Assembly: GCA_958009085.1 (NCBI GenBank) | Contig: OY253668.1 | Coordinates: 1,798,001-1,862,000 of the forward strand | DNA: 64,000 nt | DNA from: Protoeuglena noctilucae | Taxonomy: Eukaryota | Direction: 5' to 3' | Shown here: in pieces, positions 1 through 10,802 of the stretch | Layout: each line of letters begins with the position of its first letter | Position numbering within the stretch: position 1 is the first letter of the stretch | Position numbers and translations under genes: made by a program | The notes under the pieces: generated by a model | Seen by the model: only the letters and a program-made list of their open reading frames with translations | Database searches by the model: none | What the model was told of the DNA's origin: nothing

Positions 1-534
1 TGCTGCACCTATCCACCCGCATATCCACTCGCCTTGGGCAGTTCCGCGAGGCTGGCGAGATGATTGGAGTACAGCACCAGCTCCCTCAGCTGTGTGGCGG
101 AAGACAGCGACTGGAAGCTGGCAATCGCGTTCGTGCTGAGATCCAGCGTGCGAAGGTTAGCTGCTCCGGCGAGCTCGGGAGGCACGGCCGACAGCCCGCA
201 GTCGCGCAGTGCCAGGGAAGGGGCGCGGCTCAGGTCCTGGCCTTGCAGGGCGGAGGCGACGGGGGCGGAAATCTCGACACTACGCTCCGATGCTGCGGGG
301 GGGGAGTGGGTGGGATAATTTAAGCGATGAGGTGAAGGGATGTAATGTGGATGAGACTTGTTTGCGAGCGGTGTTTCGGAATGGTGGGAGCTACGAGAGA
401 ACCAGCAGTGCCGGGCCTGTGGGCTGACCTCGCTTGGTGGGAAGGGGCAGCGCGCGTGGCTTCGAGGATTTGGACGACGCCACGGAGATTGCGGAGCTCC
501 GCTCGGCCTCGAGCGCCGCTCCTTTCGTCGACAT
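1..534 (-). CDS. Leucine-rich repeat protein, 5' part (3' end runs off the window)
   Basis: ATG at 534 (MSTKGAALEAERSS...), GT-AG intron ~429-293, then an exon reading ...SLALRDCGLSAVPPELAGAANLRTLDLSTNAIASFQSLSSATQLRELVLYSNHLASLAELPK, which contains LxxLxLxxN LRR motifs. The exon ends at a probable GC donor (AAG|GCGAGT at 32). Confidence 0.7.
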
Positions 535-1251
535 GGCTCTGCCTGGGGCCGGAACGGGCAGTTTGCTTGTGATGCCAGTGCAAGCGAGGAGCGAGCGAAG
601 CGCCCCGCGCCCTCCAGAGGTCGTTCGCGGACGCTGCCATAATCTCAACCTCTGATGTACTCGATAGCGAACCGCAGACGAGGAATCGCGGCTGGCAGGC
701 GCCGCGGAGGGGAACGGGAGGGCTTCCCGGTCGCACGACAGCCCCGGCGCACCTACGCGATCGACTCTGGCCGACTACTCATCCCCCAGCTGTTTGCCGT
801 TGCTCAAAGCGTCGAGGACTGCCCCCAGACAGCGACCGCGAGCCCCGGATGGACCGAGCGGTGCGTGTTGCCTGTGCGGGGCTGAACTCGTTTTTCACAA
901 AGGCTGCGGATGCGACAGTCATAGCCCGCACATCTATGGCAGCTACAAAAGCAGCACGGGCTGCCTGGATTTCGAATGGAGGCCTGGAACGGCTCGGGTA
1001 AGATACCCTGGGCTGCCAGCGGGCTGAGCGCGGCGACCTTCGCGCTCAAGGCCGAGGCGACAGTGCACGTCGATCGAGATATTCTGCTCACGCCGACTGC
1101 ATTGATGGATTGACTGGGCCGCGTGGCTGACGAGCGTTTTGCTCCTGATTTTCCCCGCTTGTGCCCCGCGAGCGCGTCGTTTGCAGCCACAGACTGGCCA
1201 GAAGCAGGTGTATCGTGTCACGGTCCCTTTGGGGGGCCAAAGGAGCCCTCC

Positions 1252-4200
1252 ATGTCCAAGGACTCCAGCGGGGCCCTGGCCACGCTCGGGGGTGACAATG
1301 TGCATTTCAAGCTGAACGACATGGGGGGGTCCGGCGGGGCGCCCAAGCTCCCGCTTTACAAGCTGGACCCCAACAGGTGCCGGCGCACGGCTGAGCGCGT
1401 CCTGCGCGGGCCGCGCCGTGCCGCATTTGTGTTGGCATGCCGCGGCTGCTGCACGCGCCGGCGCGCGCGCGTCCGCCGGGCCAGCGTCGCCGCACGCGTC
1501 TCTTTCGTCGGATTGCAGGCCTGTGTCGACAAACACCACCGCGCCGAGCACCTCGCGGCCGACGACCGTCCCGAACAGCGCGGTCCGCCCCAGCCGCAAG
1601 ACCGTGGCCTCCGCGGGCCCTCGACGCGCCCGGGACCTTGCGGATGCATCGTTTCAGCCGCTTTTGCCAGCGAGCGCAAGCGGCACGCCGCGGCAGGCCT
1701 GGGTGAGCGCTCGCACTCGGCTGCGCCCCGCTCGCCGCGTTGCCGCGACAACATCAAGCCCTCCCCTGCTCCCGCGCGCTCACAGGGCACTACAATGGCT
1801 CCTAATTCGCGTCCGTCGACCACCGTGGACGTCGCGCGGTCCCTGGCGCCGCAGCTGGGTGAGTCTTTCGGCGCCATCTCGCCCCTCACGCCCCTCACCC
1901 GTCACGCCCGCACTGAAAGCATCGTCCCGTGCTGTCCTCGCAGCCAAGCGGCCCCTATCCTCGACGGCGCCGGGCCTCTGGCAGGGCCGGGGCGGGGCTA
2001 AGGGCGGCAAGGGTGGCCGTGCGGGTCGCATTAAGGACGATGACCTGTTCAGCGACGATGATCATGGATTGGGGGCAAAGCCACTGGTCCGAGGCGGCGC
2101 ATCCAGGCAGTCCGATCTGTCGCAGCCGTGGCAGCTGCAGATGCGCATCGGTGAGAGGTGGCCGGGGCGGTGGGGCGAGGCGCGTGTGCGGGCACGGGCA
2201 TGCAGAAGGGACACTTCCTTGTGCAGAGTTCTTCGCATTGAGCAAGAGGACAAAGGGTTCGCAGCTACCCTCCATGCCGTCTCCACCCCACCGCTTCGCA
2301 CAGCACTGCTTCTTCATGCCCCGTCACACCCTCACCTGGTCACTATCCCATTTACAATCCCTTTCAGCATTCCTCTTCGCCCCCCGCAGTCGAGTTAAAA
2401 GAGGAGCTCTCCCGCGTGGGGTACCAGGTGCAGAGCCGCCAGGACCGCCTGGCGCACATGCGTCAGGAGGTGGAGGCCATGGATTTGAAACTGGAGGACG
2501 GCAGTGCGGTGCGGAATCGGTATCTGGAGTTGGAGGAGGAGATGGAGGCGCTGGACAGGAGGGAGAAGAAGGCGGAGCTGCAGCGCAAGATCCTGCAGCA
2601 CATCAAGGTGAGGGACAGTGGGGTGGGAAGATGGGGGTAACTCAGCTGCAGCATTTTTGACGCGAAGGTGGGGGAAGGGATGCGCAAGTATGGCGAAAAA
2701 ATCATTCCATGTGTTTTCACCTCGCTCCCCCCCCCCCCCCCCCCCCTCCTCCTCTCCCAGGACCGCACGTCCGGCAACTTGACGACGATGAAGTCGGCCC
2801 TGTCGCAAGCGCGCGAGGAGCTGCGCGCGGTGGACAAGCACCTGGAGGGAGCGGCACTGGTGCACAACCACGCGGTGCGGACGGCGCGGGAGGCGCAGGC
2901 GATGGCAAAGTTCAGCGTGGATGAGGCGACGAGGGTGGCCGAGTCGTCGCAGGGAGTCATGGGGCAGCGGGAGGTGAGGGGGTGGAGCTGAGGACCAGCC
3001 ACAAACGGCCTGGAGAGGCTTTCCCTATCATGAGGGGGGTGCTGATGGTTGGGTGGGTTGTGGGTGAAGGAGAGGCGGGATGTGTTGGCCAGAGATGTGA
3101 TGGTCAGCCGTCGACAGCCATTCCCAGCAGGCTCTCCTGGCATGCCCTGTCATTGACATGCGTGCTTGCGGTGGCATGCGGCGCCATAGCACAAACGCCC
3201 TCTGCCGCTCATTGCACACCGCGAGGTCCCCCGTTCGATCCCCAGGAGGAGCTCTTCAGCATCCGCGAGGACATCAACAGTTTCCGGGAGATGGAGACGC
3301 AGAAGATGAGGGACCAGAGGAGGAAAGCCAAAGTGGACGCGACACCGACGTCTGGCGGGGCGGGGGCGGCGAGCGGGTGGGGGGCGGGGGGTGCGGCGGG
3401 GACGGAGTTGACGACGGCGGAGGATGCGGCGGAGGAGGCCATGGCGCAGCTGCTCAAGGGCGTGGGGGCGACGAGCTACGAGGTGAGGGGGGCGTAGGGG
3501 GGCGAGTGTCGTGTGGGGGGTTGTGTTAACATTTGGGAGGGTGATGGTGAGTCGGTTTTAGTATAACAGCGAATAAGACGACCCCACAATGGCCACATGG
3601 CACCTTGCGCTGTTGCACAAACGTTACCTGCAACAACGCATGAACATAACAATGCCCTTGCCATCTCTCAGGAGGTGCTTGCGATGTGGGAGGAGGTGCA
3701 CGGCAAGAACCGCGCTGCGATGGAGGACGTGGCCAAGCAGGAGCAGCGAAGGGACCACCTGCAGCACGAGATCGTGGAGGGGAGGCGCGAGCTGGATGCG
3801 GTGAGGGGTGGGGGGTGGGTGGTTGGTTAGATGGGGGTGGGGACAGTTGGGCCGCCTACAATAAAGAATGGTGCTGAGCCAAACACCCCAACCAAAATTC
3901 GCTGTTCCCACTTTGCACCCCTCCCACCACACACACTCCCACCACAACAGCCCTCACCCACCACGCCCTCATCATCTCCTTCTCTTTCCCCCATCTATCA
4001 GACGGCCGAGGAGGCGTCTCGGATGACCGAGGCAGTGAGAGACATGGACGCGAGGGCAACCGAGGTACGCGCCATGACAGCCGAGGTAGAGAAAACCGCC
4101 GAGAGGCACAACCGGGCGCTGCAGGAGCGACTGGCGCGCGTGGCGGCCATCGGGCAGTTCACGCGCGACATCCTGAGGTCCCTGTCTCGATTCCTCGACA

Positions 4201-5449
4201 CCGCGCGGCCCCCGCCCACCCCGGCCCTCCAAGCCACCCCGTCCACCAAAGCCCTGCGGTCTATGTCGTCGTTCGCGGACCGCCCCGCGCCCGCGCGCCT
4301 GCCGTCGCGCATGGCGTCGATGCGCGGGGCCTCGACGAGACCCGGCGCGACGGGCGACGGTGGGGTGGATGGCGCACCGCCGCTGCCGCCCGGCGCCGAT
4401 GGCCCCGGCCTCTCCCGCAGCCCCAGCCGGCCGGCCTCCCGGCGCAACCTGCTCAGCGCGGCGTCGTCGCGCAGGGGCGCGCAGATGGGGGTGGCAGCCA
4501 GGTCAGTTGCTGGTGGCACATGGGTCCCGCCCTGACATGCGAAATTGACACATGAGTGTTCACGCACACGGTTTCGTTTCTTATATCGGTTCTCCTGACC
4601 GCAATACACCTGCCACCGCAACTGCGACTGTAATGTTCCTCATCAAACCAACTAGCGCCTTGCCTTGCTTGCAGCCGTGGTTCGGTGGAGGAGGGGTCCC
4701 TGGCGGTGGCCATGCGCCAAGCGGAGTCGATGATGGACGTGTCGCCCGACGAAGTGGACAGGTGAGACAATGCGTTGTCGGACGAAGCGATGGGAGGCTT
4801 GGATATCGCCAACATGTGTGCCGATCGGCGTGTCCTCCCCAAGCGTGCCGAGGGACAGCGATACCGCTGCAGCGCAGTCCCGTCGTATGACACCTTTGCT
4901 TGATATTCAAATTGCCACTTCTCTGCCCAGGAGCGACGCGGAGGCGGCCCTGCTGTACGACACGCGGCTGTCGATGCTGGCGCTGATGGAGCTCATCGGG
5001 ATGCTCCGCGCCCGGGCCGGCAGCCTCGTCGACACGGCGCAGCTGCCGGCTCCGCCGACGCCGGAGGACGCGGGCGAGCTCGTGGGCTTCGCGCGGAGGC
5101 CCCGCAAGAGCGCCGCCGAGGCGAGTCGAGCAATCGCGCCCGCTCCCGCCCGCTTTGGACCGGCAAGCCACGGCGCTTGCGCGGAGACAGTCATTGTCAT
5201 GTGACCCACATGTCGTGATGTCGCTTTCCGCAGAAGGACCCGCGGCTGTCGCGGCTGGTGGGGTACATCGAGGACGTGGACGTGGTGTCCGATTCCGACG
5301 ACGACGAGGAGTCGCACCGCGTCAACAACCTCGCGCGAAGGAAAGCCTCGCGTCCCAACTCGTCCAGGCGGCGCCCCATGAGCTCCGTGCGACGCACGCC
5401 GCCCGGACGGGTCTTACCCGTTGGGATGTGGTGCCGGAGTGTCGCCTGA
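1252..5449 (+). CDS. Multi-exon coiled-coil protein with low-complexity termini; function unknown (possibly flagellar, docking-complex-like)
   Basis: About 12 exons join in phase: MSKDSSG...; VELKEELSRVGYQVQSRQDRLAHMRQEVEAMDLKLE...; DRTSGNLTTMKSALSQAREELRAVDKHLE...; EVLAMWEEVHGKNRAAMEDVAKQEQRRDHLQHEIVEGRRELDA; stop at 5449. Long E/K/R/Q-rich heptad helices. An in-frame upstream start at 976 (MEAWNGS, intron, DWPE...) is possible. The flagellar role is a guess. Confidence 0.6.
2727..2746 (+). repeat. Poly-C homopolymer (20 nt) at an intron 3' end
   Basis: Run of 20 C just upstream of the acceptor ctcccag (2760). Confidence 0.9.
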
Positions 5450-5674
5450 CGGACGGGCGGCCTTTTGCGTGCTGCTCGGTCGTCGTAATCTCGTGCCACT
5501 CGCTGCCTGCTTGCCTCGCGCGAAGGCTGCTGGCGCTGTGCGTGGAAGGGTTCCGTGGGCGATGTGACGTAGACTGCCCGGCCTCGCTCGCCCCGGGTCC
5601 CCTGGCATCGTTGAACGCGACACACGAGCAAGGCCGGACCCTTATTTAGGGAAGCGGAGCGTTCTGCAGCCATA

Positions 5675-8600
5675 ATGTGGGACCGGTACACGTGGATCGT
5701 GTCCGCGGGCGCCATCGCTGCGCTGGTCACCGCCTATGGCATCGGTGCGAATGACCTGGTGAGCGCGGTGCTGTGAGGCGCGACGGTGCTGCGCGGGATG
5801 CGGAGTCTTGAGCACCGGAGGCGCCCGAGAGAACAAGAAAGCATCTCCCGCGTCCCGCGCGCTTTTCGACACGAGTTAACTGCGGAACTGATCAGCAAGA
5901 ACGTGCCTTTACTCCATCGAATCCTGCGCTCCCCCAGGCCAACTCGTTCGCCTCCTCGGTCGGCTCGCGGTCTCTCAAGACTTGGCAAGCGGTCGTCATC
6001 GCCGGTGCGGCGCCCCTCGCTTGCCCCGCTGCTCTATTGACGCTTTGTGTACAGCTTGCCGGCGCTGCCGCGCCTCTACCGGCCCCGCCCGCGACACGCA
6101 GCACCCACCTGCACCCTTGCCCGCAGCCATCTTCGAGTTTGCCGGCGCCACGCTCCTCGGCGCCAGCGTGGTGGACACGGTGCGCTCCAATATCGCGCGC
6201 GTCGATCGCTTCCGTCACGAACCGGAGCTCTTCATGTACGGGATGCTTTGCGTCGTCGTGGCGACGGGTGAGCTGCGGTGCCTTTTCTCTTCGCAGCGGT
6301 CTCTCTGCAACACCCAATTCCCACTGAGCTCATGTATCACAATAAATATCAACACATCTTGTAATGAATGGCTCATTTCATCGCTTGTGTCTTCGCCCCC
6401 AGGCGCGTGGCTGATCGCTGCGACGTTTTTCGAGATCCCCGTCTCCACCACGCACTCTGCCGTGGGCGGCGTCATCGGATTCGCCATCGTCGCAGAGGGG
6501 CCCGGCGCAGTGGTGAGAGAGCAGTGCGAGTCATCATCTTTGCACCCTGACTTCTGCAATGGTCACCTGATGCGTTTGACGCGATGTGTCATATGTTGGC
6601 CCACATGCCCAAAGAGGTGCCCAAACTACCATCGCAGGTCTGGCACCAGTCCACTTCCACCTTCCCCTACTTCAAGGGCGTGACCAATATCGTCGCCTGG
6701 TGGGTCATCTCGCCCATCCTGGCCGGGGCGGTCGGGGCGGCCGTGTTCTGGCTCGCGAGGACCTTCGTGCTCAGGTGAGGGACTGGCGTGATGGAGTGGC
6801 GTGATGAGGATGAGATGGGGGGTGAGGTAAGGGCATGCCATGATGGTGGATGAGATGTGGGGTGAGACATTTGCCAGGCAGGCGTAATGCAGGTGATTCA
6901 CAGGTCAATGACTGTTGCCACACCTCGCGCTCCATCCCCTACTGCGCAATACCACTACCACCACTACCCCCTCACGTCGCCTCACATCGCCTCGTCACCC
7001 CCCCTTCAGGTCCCCCTCCTCCTACCGCATGTCAACGCACCACACATGGCCACCACCACCCACCTCACCTCACCTCCACCTCACATCGCCTCACCCCGTC
7101 TCTTCCCCCCTTCAGGTCCCCCTACTCGTACCGCCGGTCCCTGCACGCCTTCCCCATCCTGGTATTCATCACTGTGTTCACCAACACCCTGCTCATACTG
7201 TGGAAGGGAGCCACCAGCATCCACGCCATCGACACGCTCAGCCGTGAGTGTTTGAATAGAGGCAGTCGTGTTGGGATGCAGACAATCACGTTGCGGGGTT
7301 CGATTTCAATCTATGAAATGCGATGATCATGGGTCTTTCTTGCCCCCGCCACTCACCCACCCCAACCCACTCACCCCGCCCCCAACCCCACACTCACATA
7401 CTTTCCCTCCCTCCCATCCCCCCCACAGCCGGGGCAGCCGTGGGCGTCTCCGCCGCCACTGCCGCCGTCTGTGCGGGTGCGGCAGCTTTGCTGGGTTACT
7501 GCCACCTCGATCGTGCTCTGACCGATGGGCTGCATAAGAGATTGGCAAAGAGAGTCATGCTGGGGACAGAGGGGCGTGGGGAGAAGGCCTATGATGCGGG
7601 GCGGGGTTACTATGGTGCACGCGACAGGTAAGATGGTGTGGGGGTGGTGGGTGATGGTGGTGGGTGTGAGTGTGGGGATGGATGTTCAAACACAGTTGTG
7701 ATGACAGGTGCCATGCTATGCAATCATATTGTCGGTAACAATCGCAACGCTGACCGTGCCCCTCGCAGTGCTGACACGCCCGTCCCTGGCACTGGCGCGG
7801 GGCTGAGTCAGGCTGCTGCTGGGGAGAGAAGAGGGGAGAGGGAGAGGGGTGGGGCGAGTGACCCGCTGGAGGATTTGGGGGCTGAGGTGAGGAGGGGTGG
7901 ATAAGGGAGGGCCCTTGTGGGAGGGGGTAACAGGCGAGGGTGCGAGCGGGTGGATCCATAAACTGTTGAATAGAGTGCATATTACATGACACGACCATGA
8001 CCATGACATTATTATCCCCACTTACACCCCCCGCATCTCTCATCACAGGACACCCGCCCCTTCCTCCCCCACGCCCCGCACCCCGCCCACACCACCTACA
8101 CCGCCCACTCTGGCACTCGATCCCTGCATGACCCTGCGGGCGCAGCTGGGGCGAACGATGGCTTTTCGGATGTGGAGCTGACGAGGCTGGGGAGCGACGG
8201 TGCGGGAGGGGCGAGGGCGAATGGGGCGGCGGAGAGGGGGGTTGGCGGGGCGGGTGTGGGTGTGCGGGGGGTGGCGGTGCAAGGGTGGCGTGGGGTGGGT
8301 GGGCGGGTGCTGAGAGCGATGTGGGAGCCGTTCAGGCGGGGAATGGGGCAGGACATTCACGATGTGGTGGATGAGGATATCAGGTGAGGGGTTATTGAAT
8401 GTGGGGGTGTATGGGACGGGGGCGTAAGGGGTTTGGTTACATGCACTTGTAAGCACAGCTTGTTAAATGGGATTTTTTGTAACATTGCTGATCTCATGCA
8501 ATCCTGGCTTTTGCTTGAAAGCTGTCGTAGTGCTAGTTATCGCATCCCATCACGATCATCGCATCTGTCCCCTTTCTGCAGAATCCACGAGATGCACGGG

Positions 8601-10361
8601 GCGGCGGAGCAGTTCGACGAAAAGACGGAAATGAGCTTCGGATACATCCAAGTGAGTCTTGTTAACATTGACAAGCAACATATCATCATGATATCATTAT
8701 GATTTTCGGCATGCGATGCATGGCAGCGACATTGTGGTTAACTTTGCCTCCACCATTATGAGGTTGTTTACAATCAAGTTACAATTAAGTAATCATTACC
8801 CCACCATTCCCAGGTTCTGACGGCCACGTGCGCCAGTTTCGCCCACGGTGCCAATGACGTGGCCAACGCCGTGGCTCCCTTCGCCTCCATTTGGTTCATC
8901 TACAAGACGGGGAGATTGGAGAAAAAGACAGAGGTGACGATGGGGGCTTCGATTACAAATTACACAATGGGATGAGCGGGGATGCGGTTGTGGGGTTGGC
9001 GCTACTTTACTTGCCAGCCATGAATGTCCAGACGTGTAAGTGATCCTGGAATTTTAAAACATTCACCGTGCTTTTGTGTCTCCCGCAGGGCATACAGTAC
9101 GACATGCGTTGGATTCTGGCGCTCGGGGGCGTGGGGATCGTGCTGGGGTTGTCGACGTACGGGTACAAGATCATGAGGGTGCTGGGTGAGTGAGGAAGTG
9201 GGAATTATGAAGGGGTTATGAGAGGAATTTTGAATATGTCAATGTTGGTTCATATCATGTTGCGTCAATCTATACTTGTTCGCTTTGCCTCCCCAGGCAC
9301 CAAGATGGTCAAGATCACTCCCTCGCGTGGCTTTGCCATCGAACTGGGGTCGGCCATGGTCGTGGCATTCGGGTCACACGCGGGGTGAGTGAGTGGAACT
9401 ATCACTATCATCTATTACTGTCATGGGGTGAAGCATGGGGATGGTGGGGTGGGTGAGTGTCATGGGTTGAGGCATGACTGTGTGGGGGTGGGTGAGCATT
9501 GCGAAGTAAATAGCATACACCCACACTGCCCCTCTCCCCCCAACATACACTTACTCCCTCTATCCCCTTTACCTCCCTTTACCTCCCTCCACCCCCCGCA
9601 GCCTCCCCCTGTCGTCCACGCACTGCCAAGTGGGGTCGACGGTCGGCATCGGAATGGTCGACAACGTGAAGAGTGAGTTACTAATCTATGATTTGTTTGC
9701 GGCTATGCTTTGCGATCATGCTTTGTGCTAACAACGCTGAATGCCTTTGTTTGCTTACCACTTAACGCTCGCCACTCCCACACTGCTGCCCACACCCACA
9801 CCCCCACCCACACTGCTACCCCCACCCACCCCACACCCACTCCCCCCTCTCATCACCAACAGCCGGCGTCAACTGGCGCATGCTCCCCCGCATCTTCCTG
9901 GGTTGGCTCGTCACCCTTCCCGTCGTGGCGCTTTCAGTGGCGGCGCTCTATGCACAGGGAGTGTACGCGCCTTCTGTGTACGGCGTGAGGGACGTGGCCG
10001 CATATCGTGCTGCGATCGATGGCCTGTCAGATTCGGTGTTGCGAGCGGCGGAGGCCAACAGTGCGGCGCTGGTGGCTGCGGGGCTGGGGGGGGTCGTGGA
10101 GCAAGCGAGGGCGGCGGCGGCGGCGGCGGCGGGGGCGAGGGGCAATGCGGTGAGGGGTGGGGGGTGGGGTGTGGTCGGGAGGGGGTGAGGGAGCAGGAGA
10201 GGGGTGTTTGGGCAATGTTGTGTGAGTGGTTGCATTGTTGTTATCGTTTTTATTACCCATTTTCGCAGATGGCGGGCCCTGGGTTCCTCTATGAATCGGT
10301 AATCGCGCCCACTCAGTCGGAGTTTGCGGCGGTGGCGGGGGCAGTGGGGTCATCGTGCTAG
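5675..10361 (+). CDS. PTB: Sodium/phosphate symporter, PiT/PHO4 family (green-algal PTB type)
   Basis: Starts [38 protein letters not shown]. Also contains [14 protein letters not shown], a second signature [15 protein letters not shown] (~8835-8880), [15 protein letters not shown] and [12 protein letters not shown]-terminal YAQGVYAPS plus an extension ends ...AVGSSC* at 10361. About 15 exons. Confidence 0.93.
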
Positions 10362-10802
10362 CAGCTTCCTTTTTACTGGCATGTGGGGTGTTGCTAGCAG
10401 CTGCACCCTTGCTAGCAGCATGCTAGACTTCGCTTGGCCCAGCAATCGATTGATTGGTGTTCGTAAGAGCTCCTTCATGGCGGCGCTAGAGCGAGAGCGC
10501 TGATTGGGAAACAGAGGCCGTGCGTTCGGTGGAGTTGTCGTGAACGTGCTGTTGCGTGTCACGAGAGGAAAAGGCGCAACAGCACAGGAGTGCATGCATG
10601 GTGGGAACGTGCTGTGCTATGCACTGGGGTAAGCACTGTGCTGTAGGAGTTTGCTTGTTACGAATACATCAGTCACACCTATTCGCGAAAACCATCACCA
10701 TCACCAAGCTGCAGCGATCGCCGATTCGCAGCCACCGTCACCCATCGCCATCAGCGACAAGGCAGATTGCTACTGGTGTTGGTATTGACGCTGGTACTGT
10801 TA

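Noticed and set aside
10357..10426. Three to four copies of tgctagcagc at the PTB stop codon, as a possible regulatory element
   Set aside because: Short and partly palindromic, consistent with the local slippage duplications common in this region; no evidence of function.
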